Part shown: positions 50,753 to 62,500 of the stretch, piece after piece
How the letters are laid out: every line of letters starts with the position of its first letter
Numbering within the stretch: position 1 is the first letter of the stretch
NCBI RefSeq assembly: GCF_964188315.1
Contig: NC_135659.1
Location: 54,622,001-54,686,000, forward strand
Direction: 5' to 3'
DNA from: Podarcis muralis
Taxonomy: Eukaryota
DNA: 64,000 nt
The notes under the pieces: generated by a model
What the model was told of the DNA's origin: nothing
Databases searched by the model: none
What the model saw: only the letters and a program-made list of their open reading frames with translations
Translations under genes and position numbers: made by a program

Positions 50753-52043
50753 GAGCCAGGTGACCGCAAGTGCAGTTTCTATCCGAATGGCTCCTTGATG
50801 GAAGATCACACGGAGGAATCCTAAGATGCACCGCAGCCTCCCTTTGCTGGCCTGCAGAGCCCCTGCTCAGGTTAACTTCAGGCACTGGGCAGCAGGAGAA
50901 AGTCGGAAGCAAGGACTAGCCTCGTGGTGGCTTTGGGTGGAGGCTGGCTGTCATTCAGCCATGACAGTTAAGGAAACATGGAGACGAAAGGGCAGATTGG
51001 AATCTGCAGTGGAGGCGGTGACTTGGCATGGCTGCCTTTTTAGTTTTTTTTGGGGGGGGGAGGGTTGTTTGTTGTTTGTTTTGCTACTCAGTAATGCATC
51101 ATTACAAAGAAAATACTCTTCTTCTTTTCTTTTTTGCATTCCAAGCCTTACTAGGCTCCCATCTGACCAAGGCCTCTCTTTTCTCTTTGTAAAAATGTTG
51201 ATAATGCTCTTACCTGATAGCTCCAGTGTCAAATTTTCTATGCTTAGATTGAGATATAACCCACCATTAAAGCTAACTTTGGCATGGAGAAACGTGAATG
51301 GTCTAGTGGGGAGATGCATGTTTGCAACTGTATTAGGCTCATGGATCTATAATATACGCCAGATAATGTTTTCTGCTGGCCTCAATTTCCTACCTATAGA
51401 ATTAAGGGAACGATTTCAAGTGTCTCACAGGTCACCATCCAGGAGAAAAGCATTAAGGACGGTGAGATACTCAAGTAGAGGCACAAATAACAGGCGGATG
51501 AACTTGGGATGGTTTGAGATGGTGGGAAAGGGTTGGGAAGCTTCCTTAGCCTGGCAAAGAGTTAAAAACGCAAGCTTAGCCTGGCAAAGAATAAAAAATG
51601 CAGGTGTGGAGGCAGGACTGGTTGTTTATCTTATCTGGAAGTACTGGTAAGAACCACAGCAAAATTGCTAGCAGGAGGTGAGTTACAGTTCATGATGCTA
51701 TTTGACCTGTTCATCTGGAGACGCTGCCATCAGTTGGTTTCAGCATATGTTACCCTTATTGCTCTCCTTATTATTCATCATTTATATAGATCTCTCTTCG
51801 AGACAGGCTGCCCATGCGCCCTTTCACACTCCTCTCTTTGAAGGCATCCTCTGTTGGGTGGGCTGGCCAGTCCAAGCCCAGTTTGAAGACAAAGCAGGGA
51901 AAGAAGGGAGAGGAGGGCGTTAGTCAACAGCCCCCAGGAAGCAGACTGAACAGGCATACACAGGCCACCTGGCCACAGCCTTCCTCATTATGGTGGGGTG
52001 CATTGTATTTCTATTTAAATGATAGGAATTATTTATATATCTA

Positions 52044-52236
52044 CATAGGAAGCTGCCTTATGCTGAGTCAGGCCATGAGTCCCTCTACCCAGTCTTGTCT
52101 ACATTTACTGGCATCAACTCTCCAAGATTCCCAACAGAGAATCTTTACCAGGCCTACCTGGAGAGATGTCAAGGATTGGACCTTGGACCTTCTGCATGCA
52201 AAGCAGATGCTCTACCACTAAGCTAAGGTCCTTCCC
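52044..52236 (-). mobile_element. tRNA-derived SINE, same family as 26943-27385
   Basis: Minus-strand head GGGAAGGACCTTAGCTTAGTGGTAGAGCATCTGCTTTGCATGCAGAAGGTCCAAGG; tail AAGGCAGCTTCCTATG. Confidence 0.7.
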
Positions 52237-54119
52237 AAAAGGGAATGCAAATTAACACATGACAAATTTCATCCACTTTGGCAATGTGTAAATGACCACC
52301 ATACTTCTCGATGAGCTCAAAAAAACAACAACCATCTGTCCAAGGATCCAATATCTGGGGTGGGGCAAAGGGTATGCTCATGTATAGGAGGCACAGTGAA
52401 CACCTATATTACACTTAAATCATGTACAGTGAGGTCACACACACACACACGGGTGGGGAGAAGAGAGATTTCCCAGCTTTAGTTGTGGAAATAACCAAAG
52501 GAAGTGCCTGTCCTGAAGCAGAGCAGATGTGTTAGCCAACCTTAGCCCCACAGAACCATAATGAGTGGTGGGCTTCAGTGGTTATCTGAATGGGCAGGAA
52601 TGTGGGCCAAAGAGCCGATGTTGCCTTGCCCAGTGCTTCTTTCCTCATCTTAAGTATATTCTGCAGCTGGTATTGTTTGGTGATTTTATTATTTTTTTAA
52701 AAAACCATGTAACGGTCTGGATATGTAGTATACATACATGAAGTATATGTAAATCCTCTTTTTCTCAGTGCAGACTCAGCCTTAGGTTATTCCTTTTCTA
52801 GGGCATTAAAATACACTAACAAGCAGATTCGTTGGGATTCACTTTTAATAGGGTAGCTGCAGTTTATGCCGTGGCAGCTGAAACTGGAGTGCCCCTTCCT
52901 TGAAGCTGATAGCTTTCGTTTTGTTGAAGCTAAATTCAAACACCACAGAAAACCAATCTGGTGAACTTAAATGCTTTTGAGTTGTTGGCTCTCCAGTACC
53001 TTAAAAGGAAAACAAACCAGCCTCTCAGAAATCTTTGCATTCATTAAATATGCTCTTTCAACCCTCCCATAGTACTACGGGAAGAAACCTGATGTTCCCA
53101 ATGGGTAGTCAGCCTCAGACCTGTGTCCCACATCCAGTGGTGCCATCAAGGCAGGATTTGGGGACAGATGTCCAGGGCCTTATTTCAGCATAATGAGCAG
53201 GAAGCAGGAGAGGAAACATGAAGGATTTGTGGGAAGACATAAGGTTTAAGAATGGCATTTTCTTCTGGTGATTTCAGGCAACATTTGTTTTCTTTTCCTT
53301 CATTACATTTCTATACCGCCCGTCCTCTGAGGATCACAGGGCGGTTGACAATATAAAAGCACATAGCACATACCCTAGTAACATAGAAAAGCAATAAATC
53401 CACCCTCACACACTTTAAAAAGCCATCAATTGTTTAATTAGCCAAAAGCTTGGGTTTTTGCCTGGCACCTAATTTAACACTAGCAATTTAACAGATTTGA
53501 GAGCTCAGGTGGAAACTATTGCAAATAAAGCAGTAGTGTCAAAGAGCAGAGCTTGACATTATACTCTGTGTGAAGACAAACAATTTTGTATATGCTGATC
53601 ATTTCGTTTAAGAATCACTTCACATGAGGCATCCTGAAAACAATGCTATTTAATAAAAACATATATAAAATTATATATTCAAATCCATTATAGATACTAA
53701 CATCTCCATCTAAAAGGCCTGTTTTATGCATGTTTATGGCCAGTGATTCATCGCACTTCAAAAAATAAAATCAAAATTCTGCCACGAGAAAAGCAGTTGT
53801 CATTGGGTTTGCACATCGTGGCACACTCCACACCACTGAGTGCGTATGTGCCCCTGGCCACACCCAGGAATGCCAATACCCACTTTCTGCAGTCTTGGGT
53901 TTCCAAAATTAGGTTGATCTGATACCTTCTAGCTTGGCCCCACCCTTTAACTCTTCTTGAAAACAAAAGGAAGTCACCACAGATCGTTAAAAGCAACAAG
54001 AAAACAACTCCTTTTTTTAAAAAAAAAGAAAGACACCCAGCCTGTTACAGATCATAGTGCTTTGGCCAGCCTATGCAATAGCAGCAACTTAATACTCTTT
54101 GGTTGGTCCTTGACAAGAG

Positions 54120-55241
54120 ATGGAACCTGCTCAGATGGTGACTGGATCATCGATGACTGAAACCTGGAGCGGAGATTTTGAGTCATCAGCTATAGACAAT
54201 TATGGTGACCTGGTGAATTATGACATTTGCCCCCTGCAAGAACTGCCATTTGCCTATATCTTTATCCCCACTGTCTACTACATTACTTTCCTCATTGGTT
54301 TCTTCGGGAACCTCTTTGTGATCCTGTTGATGGCACGAAAGGAAGGCCGGAAGAGGCTCGTGGACACCTTTGTCCTCAACCTGGCCGTGGCTGACCTGGT
54401 CTTCGTATGCACCCTGCCTTTCTGGGCTGTATCAAAAGCCCTCGGTTACTGGTGCTTTGGCGAGGGGCTATGCAAGTTGAGTAGCTACGCCATCACTGTG
54501 AACCGTTGCTCTAGCATCTTGTTCCTGATGGGCATGAGTGTGGAACGCTTCCTCGTGATGACCAAGCAGTGGGATTCCAGAACCATCAGCACCAAGAAGA
54601 GCATAGCTGTGAGCTGTGGTTGCATCTGGGTGTTCTCCCTTCTGCTGGGGATGCCATCTCTATTCTACAGAAAGTTGAACCCGGTGGATGACAAGTATTT
54701 GTGCCATGACATGCCCTCCCCCACCTTCAGCTTGATTATGCTCTTCTTGACCTTCCTCCTGCCTTTGGGAGTAATCTTGTTCTGCTACTGCTCTATCTTC
54801 TCCAAGCTTCGGAGCCATGTCCACCTAGGCAAGAGGAGAAACAATGCCCTCAAGATCATCTTTGCCATCGTTGGAGCATTCATCTGTTCTTGGCTGCCCT
54901 TCAACGTGTTAAAGCCATTCTTCGTCTTCACCATGGCCCAGGACATCCATCTCTCCTGCTCAAAAATGATGGCTCTCACGTGGGGGCTGACCATCAGTGC
55001 TTGCCTGGCATTCGCAAACAGCTGTGTTAACCCTATCATCTATGTCTTTATGGATCAGCAATTCCGACAGCAGGCCCTGAAGCATTTCCCTGCTTTCTGC
55101 AGCAAAAGGGGAAATGTGCAAAGTTCAGCCCTGTCCTTTTCATCCACAGACACGAGCCTCCTATTTGCCAGCAGGAAGAAGCCCACACCAGCAACATCAG
55201 CTCGGGTAGGAGACCCAGAGAGCAAAGGGGTAGGTTTGTAA
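54120..55241 (+). CDS. GPR25: GPR25 / GPR25-like class A GPCR (GPR15/apelin-receptor subfamily), single coding exon
   Basis: 373-aa ORF with 7 hydrophobic segments; RLVDTFVLNLAVADL, TLPFW, LCKLSSY, GMSVERF, PSLFYR, SWLPFN, LAFANSCVNPIIY. Colinear with recalled human GPR25 (RLVDTFVLHLAAADL, WGLTIATCLAF). The true start could be Met1, Met6 or Met12. Orthology versus close paralogy is not resolved. Confidence 0.85.
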   Translation: MEPAQMVTGSSMTETWSGDFESSAIDNYGDLVNYDICPLQELPFAYIFIPTVYYITFLIGFFGNLFVILLMARKEGRKRLVDTFVLNLAVADLVFVCTLPFWAVSKALGYWCFGEGLCKLSSYAITVNRCSSILFLMGMSVERFLVMTKQWDSRTISTKKSIAVSCGCIWVFSLLLGMPSLFYRKLNPVDDKYLCHDMPSPTFSLIMLFLTFLLPLGVILFCYCSIFSKLRSHVHLGKRRNNALKIIFAIVGAFICSWLPFNVLKPFFVFTMAQDIHLSCSKMMALTWGLTISACLAFANSCVNPIIYVFMDQQFRQQALKHFPAFCSKRGNVQSSALSFSSTDTSLLFASRKKPTPATSARVGDPESKGVGL

Positions 55242-55834
55242 GCCTCCAAGAGTGGTATAATGTTGGCTGGAATGCTGTGAAAAGCCAGCAAGATTTCTGG
55301 GCTATCCTAGTTGGGGAAAGGAGCGCAAGGAGATGAGTTAGAAGCCTGTACTAAGTATGCCAAAGGAATGTGTATAAAGATTCTGACCATTTGATGTAAA
55401 TCACAGTAATATCAAGGAGGTAGAATTCAGTTATCCAAACATGTATATCAAATGCATAAAATCAACTCCCGATTATGTAAATTGCCCACCAATTGCTACT
55501 GCACAATAAGCAGGCAGATTTAACCTATGTAAGACTTCATAAAATGATTTCAGCTGTCTAAAATGGTGGTATTATAGATTTAAATAGTTGCAATTACAGT
55601 AATATATGCTGGTGAAAAGTGAATGCTTTTAGCTGTATGTACAGTTGCTTGCCATCTGCTTATCTCCCCATATCTAGATTTCATGTAGCTTTTACTAGTT
55701 TGATGAACAGCTGTTGATCCTTGGTTGAAAATATGCTTAAATGAATAGAGAAGGAAGATGAAAAAAGTTGTTGTGTAATTCTATAGCAAATATTCTTTGA
55801 AGCAATAATGTGAAAAACCACCTGCCAAAAAAGC

Positions 55835-55840
55835 AATAAA
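55835..55840 (+). terminator. Probable polyadenylation signal of the GPCR gene
   Basis: AATAAA about 600 nt after the stop codon, followed by a T-rich downstream element. Confidence 0.6.
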
Positions 55841-56685
55841 CATTGTATGTTTAACTAAACAATAACTATGCATTTTATTTTATTTTATTTTATTTGTCCT
55901 CTTACCATGATGAAGCTGTTCCAATTTTGTTTTTCAAACAGTTTTGTTTCCCTGAAGTCTGGGTTTCTTACAGTAAGCTTCCTTAATTTTGTTTAAAAAA
56001 TATATAACTCTGCAAATTTGTGTGACCTTGTTCCTTAACCAAAAGCAGGAAAACTCTTCACACAACAATAAATTCAAGACTACCTTTCACATAATTCAAG
56101 TCTATGGCTGAGAGCAGCTAAGTCATGAAATGTTGAAGGTGTCAACTAAAAGGAAAATGGGGTGGGGTAGGGTAGGGTAGGGTGGGGAGACTGGCCAGCT
56201 TGAAGCTGTAACGCAAGGGTGAGTGTTTTTGAGGTTGAGGACAATATTACCACAGTGGACAGCTGCTGGGGGTCACATTTCAAGGCTAGTCCCACATGCA
56301 ATTACACGTTCTTCACACATAATACACACACACCTATTTCCTATTGAAACAGGGGCACATATTTAATTCTTAAGCTATATACCTTTAATGTACCTTTAAG
56401 GTATATTCAAAGCTCCCCCCACCTGAAGAATCCTGGGAACTGTAGTTAAAGGGTGCTGGGAATTATAGCTCTGTGTGGGGTAAACTACAGTTCTCAGGAC
56501 TCTTTGAGGGGATGTGCTTGAAATGTATTTAATATTCTTGTTGATATTCATCACCATATACACAAGCATCTCAATGTGATGTACAATTAAAACAGCAAAA
56601 AGTGTTTTTAAAGCACCACAGATATATTTAAGAAACAATACAGTACAAAATAGGCACTCATGCCAGAGACCCATTCATCTAACTG

Positions 56686-57320
56686 GAAAAGCCTATCAGA
56701 CAAAATGGTCTTCAGTTGTTTCCGGAAAGTGCAGAGAATAGGTGCCTGACATATCTCATACTATTCTGAAGAACAGAGGCAGCTGCACCAAATTTGCTGC
56801 TTCCAGTTACCGTGGAACAGACCTCTGACATCTTTTGAACCTGCAGAAGCTGTGCCGCAGACCTCACGGTGACTTACTGGGTATATAAGGGATAATAAGG
56901 TGGTCTCTGAGGGACGCGGGTGGCACTGTGGGTTAAAGCCTCAGCGTCTAGGACTTGCCGATCGAAAGGTCGGCGGTTCGAATCCCCGTGGCGGGGTGCG
57001 CTCCCGTCGTTCGGTCCCAGCGCCTGCCAACCTAGCAATTTGAAAGCAGCCCCGGGTGCAAGTAGATAAATAGGGACCGCTTACCAGCGGGAAGGTAAAC
57101 GGCGTTCCGTGTGCTGCGCTGGCTCGCCAGATGCAGCTTGTCACGCTGGCCACGTGACCCGGAAGTGTCTGCGGACAGCGCTGGCCCCCGGCCTATAGAG
57201 TGAGATGAGCGCACAACCCTAGAGTCTGGCAAGACTGGCCCGTACGGGCAGGGGTACCTTTACCTTTTAAGGTGGTCTCTCAGGTTGCCTGGTCCTGAGC
57301 TGTACAGGCCTTATATGAGA
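56686..57320 (-). mobile_element. Degraded L2-like LINE fragment interrupted by a Sauria SINE
   Basis: AAAAGCCT...GGTCTTCAG...GCAGACCTCA...GTGGTCTCTCAGGT...CCTGAG pattern resembling squamate L2 3' regions. A similar remnant lies at about 39940-40050. Confidence 0.4.
56909..57267 (+). mobile_element. Sauria SINE, subfamily B, full length
   Basis: GAGGGACGCGGGTGGC head with GGTTCGAATCC B box; 13-bp TSD TAAGGTGGTCTCT (56896-56908, 57268-57280). Confidence 0.95.
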
Positions 57321-58229
57321 TAACTCATTTCATGTTATGGTGTAACTCCACTCACGTTACGCTATCCCTTTTCCTAACAGACTTTAAAAACAAAACAAGT
57401 TTTGTAAATATAAGGGGGGGGAAAGCTCTTCAACTCTGGCACAATTCCCAGCAGCTTTAACAAACTGCAGTTACCAGGATTCTTGGGTGGCAGATATGCT
57501 TTAAATGTGCTGTGCGGCTGCAGCCAGGCTTAAGAAAACACACAGCAAGTTTCTATTGCCAAAAAAGAAAAAGAAATGACTGGGTTGGGGTGTGGGAGAA
57601 ATGCCGCTTCTTAGACCTGCACTGACTAATTACGAAACACAGTCTTTCACAGAGACTTTGATTTTATTTTTTTTAACAGGTTCATCATAAGGTTTGCTGA
57701 AACTTAGGTTCTTAGCATTTAGCTCTGAGGCTAAATGCACTTAGAGAAAAGAATTAGCCCAAATCACTACTTGTTGAATGCAGTGCAATGATCCGTCGAA
57801 AATCTATTACTGTATGCAACAATCAATTTCAGCTTCGTTGTTTGCAAAATAAAGCTGCATTGCTAAGCATGCTTACTTGAAAGTTACGGAAACTTACTTC
57901 AGAGCAGGTATGTTCAGGATAGTAACATTAATATAAAATATTTTCCCTTAAGAAACCTAAAGCACACCTTCCCCCACTCAAACAAACAAAAACCCACGCA
58001 CTTTTCAACCTCTGTGGCTTTTCTGGTAGCGATGATCCCACTACAACATCCAAGAGAATATACGCTCGAAGACCCTCTTTTGTTTTTTCTGTAACAAACA
58101 CGGCCACCCGCCTTAAATTTAGGAGCAGCACAGATCTTTAACGGGACGGCGAAGGGGGAAACCCAAAAAAAGAATTAGAAAACACTTAAATATGGATAGG
58201 GTTTTGTTTGTTTTTTTTAAAAAGAATCG

Positions 58230-58500
58230 AACAATTTCGAGGAGAAAAGCCCTGGCCGCTTATCACCATGGCACGTTTTTCTGTTCTCCGTGCCTCCTGA
58301 AGGACAAAACAGCACTTGGAGCAAAAACCTCTCTCTGTAAAACTGCGCGTCGAAAGGCTCCGCGGGGATGAAGCCGCTGCGCCTCCGCCGCCCAGCTAGC
58401 GCGCAGCAGCGTGGGCGCTTTGATATACCGGACAGGAAAGATCCTGGGGGAAAAGAATGGAGATGCTGCTTCTGCGCGGGGACATGTCCTGCCTTCAAAA
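58230..58500. promoter_or_regulatory. Orphan CpG-rich patch, putative promoter or enhancer
   Basis: Local cluster of CGCG and GCGC motifs with no recognisable coding exon. Confidence 0.45.
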
Positions 58501-59324
58501 TCTCAAAGCCCAGGGGGCAGATCCACAACACCATACTTTTAGAACCAGTGTTTGTTTTCTTTTTAAAAAAAATGTTTAGGGGGTACTCTCATTTTGACTC
58601 AAGAAAATCAGCATTTTATAGTTCAAATCGGGGGAAATAAATATAGTAAATGAACAAAAGTACAAAGATTCACAAAATGTCTAAGGCGCGTCCCCCCAGA
58701 AAAAGCACTGTTTAGAACACATTCAAGGCTTAGTTCACCAGCAATTTCTCAGAAAGAGATTTTTTTTTTTTTTAAGAAGATATGACCAGGGCCTCTGAAT
58801 AAACAAAGCTCCTGAGATACTGCCGCCCTGGCTGAAGCCTAATTTATTATCTTCTGATTTTGAGCAACTGCAAGAACAGGCAGCATTATTCCATGAGATG
58901 CCAAGGTATGAATGAGCCCAGCCTCAAGTTTCGGAAGTTTGCTAAAATAGTAATAATGATATTGATCTAAAACTTGCATCCTGCTCCCCCCCCCCCCAAA
59001 AAAAAGAGAAATTCTAAGCTTCTTGCAATAAAATAAAACCCCACAAAATACATTGACAGCCATCAGAAAATATCAGCATCGTAAGAAGAGAAATCCAAAA
59101 TTGACAAAACAAACAACTCAACACCCAGGAAAAACCAAGCGAAGGCAAAGAGAAAGGAAAACAATTCTAACATATTCATAATACGTGGAGAAATGCTTTC
59201 CAGCTGAAGGCCTTCCTAAAAACTCAGATTTGGGCCAAATCCCTAAACCCAAAAAACATCAAGGCTTGGTGAATTTAAATAGGAAGCAGACTCCATGGGC
59301 TGTGCCATCATAGAGAAGGCACTA

Positions 59325-59550
59325 CAGTGGTACCTCAGGTTAAGAATTTAATTCATTCTGGAGGTCCGTTCTTAACCTGAAACTGTTCTTAACCTGAAGC
59401 ACCACTTTAGCTAATAGGGCCTCCCGCCGCCACTGCGCCACCAGAGCACAATTTCTGTTCTCATCCTGAAGCAAAGTTCTTAACCCGAGGTACTATTTCT
59501 GGGTTAGCGGAGTCTCTAACCTGAAGCGTCTGTAACCCGAGGTACCACTG
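59325..59550. mobile_element. Tc1/mariner-type MITE, copy 5 (inverted relative to copy 1)
   Basis: TA-CAGTGGTACCTCAGGTTA ... TAACCCGAGGTACCACTG-TA. Confidence 0.9.
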
Positions 59551-62500
59551 TATTTGTAACTGCTTGCTGGCCCCTTAGACAGCCACTCTCTGCCCCCTCT
59601 GTGTTATCAGCTTTGCTGCCCTCCACACATTAGGGGTTGGACTTCTGCAGCAGGGGGCTTCTATACTCATGTTAGTAAATCATGCAGGAATCCCACATGA
59701 GCAGAGAAAAGGTCCTGACGCAGAAGTTGGGCCCCAGTGCAGGATGTCATGGTGATGTGACAGAGACCGGGAGCAGGGCCATCTTTAGCAGATGCAGAGG
59801 CTTGGGAGGGGAGCTGCGCACCCGCCAGCCATACAGTTGGTGGGGCGCAGCTGGCGGGCATGCAGGGAAAGGGGAGGCTGCCGGCAAAGCCGCACAGCTC
59901 CTCCACTCGCTAGGGCGCCCCTGAGAGGCCAGCGCCCTGGCACAATGAACCACTAAGACCAATGGGAAAGACGGCTCTGGGCAGGGCTGGCACAACACCT
60001 TTTCCTGCCTGAAGCAAAAGACAGGGTGGCACCCACTTTGCGTTCTGCGCACAGAAGGTAACCAGACTGCCAGCTGAATCTTATGCCAACACTGGTGATA
60101 GGGCAGCATCTCCCACCACACCTGAGAGTAGCAGGCTAATTTAGATGAAATTAGGATTACTTTAGGAAAAAAAATAGGATAGGCTATGTGGCACATGCCA
60201 CTCTGTCCTCCAACGTCGTCCTACCACTGCTCCTTGCCCTGCAGCACCTGAACCATCTCACCCTGCCCAATGGTAGAGCTGGCCTGTGAATAGGTTTAGA
60301 ATTGTACTTGGAACAGGCAGAAAGAAACCAAGAAATACGTCTAAAATGAATCAACACGGACCACAAAAAAAATTATTTGGCAGTTATCCTGTATTTGGAT
60401 TACCTCATCAGGTTTACAATTCTGCAGTTTCTCAGTTCTAAAAGCGCAACATTCATTCATGTTAGCGATATACCAGCAGCATCAAATGACAGACGGTCCT
60501 CCAAAGGACTTGTCTACTGAGTATTCCCCTTGATTTGCTTACGCAAAACTTATGTGGAGTTTAGATTACATCTGGTCTTTATTTGGCATTTGTTCTGATT
60601 TGTTTGCTGGGAGGTTGTATTTGTGTGGCAGTTATACATCTTCCCATTAATCATTCATTCATCTGACATTTCTCAGTGGGTTTCCCTGTTGCTTTCCTAA
60701 CTGCAAAAAACCCATTGCTGTTTTTTTAAGTGGGTTTGAGGTGCTGGGACAAGAACACCTTAATCCTACAAACCTACATTTGCACTTGATTCCCTCCCAC
60801 AAAATACTGACCAATTTGGAGGTGACCAGAAAATATAAAACAGCCATGGATATATAATATATAACATATAAGCACCCAGGGATGGTGCCTTGAGCTGAAA
60901 CTGCTCATAACCCTGTTTTCTCATGAGAGCATTATGTGCTGAGGTGGGATGTATTGCGGTCACAGTGAGCTGCAAATAACTGCACAGGTTCCCCCCCATC
61001 CACCACAGCTTTAGGCGACAGGTTGCACACCCAGCGGGAAAAACAAGCATTTGGTCTGATTGGGTGCAGCGTATTTGTGGGCTCAGAATGGTCAGAAATA
61101 TGCAACCATCATCCTATGCAAGTCTGTTCAGAAGTAATTCCCACTGAATTGAAATGAACTTTCTCTTAATTCAGTGTGTTGATTGCAGCAGCCTTACAGC
61201 CCAATCCAATGTATGTTTACCCAGGGGTAATGCCTACTGTGCTACTCCTAGGTGAGCATGCAACACTTTACTAGACATGTCTCAAATTGCTGTTTTGATC
61301 AGTACTTGCTAAAGACCTCTGTGTGGTCCCTGCACCTTGCATAGTCTTTCTACAATGAGTAAGCTTTTAAACAACACACACAAAAGTGGGGCTTCCTTCT
61401 GAATTGCATTGTGTGTTTAGGATGGCAGCTTTAAAGTCCAGTGCTAGGCATGTTTACTCAGAAGTAATTCTCTCTTGTTCAAACATCACAGTTTTAATAT
61501 GTTGTGGGTCTGTAATGCATAACTGCTAAAATCTTAACCTGAAGCGGATTGTAAGATTCGTGTCTGACAAAACCCAGGTTTTCAGAATTATGCTGGCTGG
61601 TAACCTAGGATCTCTGTGTGTATTCTTTCAGAAAGAAGAACATGTGATGTTGAAGTAGCAGCTAACAAACAGGCACCCTGCAGTACCACAAGCATTAGGG
61701 TGTCCCCTAGTGGCACCATGAGAAAGACTCAGATTCTGATGCAGTGTGCATGTGGAGAGGGAAGGGATGTGATCTGTGCCCATTGTTTTGCAATTATGTA
61801 GATTCTAGCGTTATCCCCCACTATTCTACATGGGAATCATGGAACCAGTTTTGATGCCACAGGGAATCTGGCACATAATATACACAATGCAAAAACATGC
61901 CAAGTTTTTTAAAGGGTCAATCCGCATGCACAGAGACTGCTGGTATGTTATAACAGCTGAAAATGCATTTACCTGCATTATTGCAATAGCATACTGGAGA
62001 CCCTTGCCTAGAGGTATCCTGAGCAGTGTCAACTCTTTCTATGCATGTATGGAGGGCTCTCTTTCACTCTGCTGTGGAATGAGAATGTGAAAAGGGATTT
62101 TGGATCTCAAACTGGAAGTTTCAGCAGAACCCAGAAAAAATAATTCAGGGCTGCAATCCTAAACACACTTACGAGGGAGTAAACCCCAAGTGAACATAAT
62201 AGGAACTTTATTCTGAGTAAACATATGCACAGGATTGTGCTATAAACCAGATGAAACTAATCTAGATTGGAATCAAATGATTCTTCCCATTTTAACATGG
62301 ATAGTGTGGGTGGGAAAAATTCTTCTTCACAAGAACAGTATAATTCAGGGTCATCTACTGAAACTGATTGGCACTAAGTCAGGGCAAGCAAAAGGAAGAA
62401 CTTCATTGCACATAATTTATTGCTGCATGATATATAATTCATTGCCACAGATATAACTACAGTACTGCCATTACCATAGATTAGTTTTAAGGGTTTAGAC

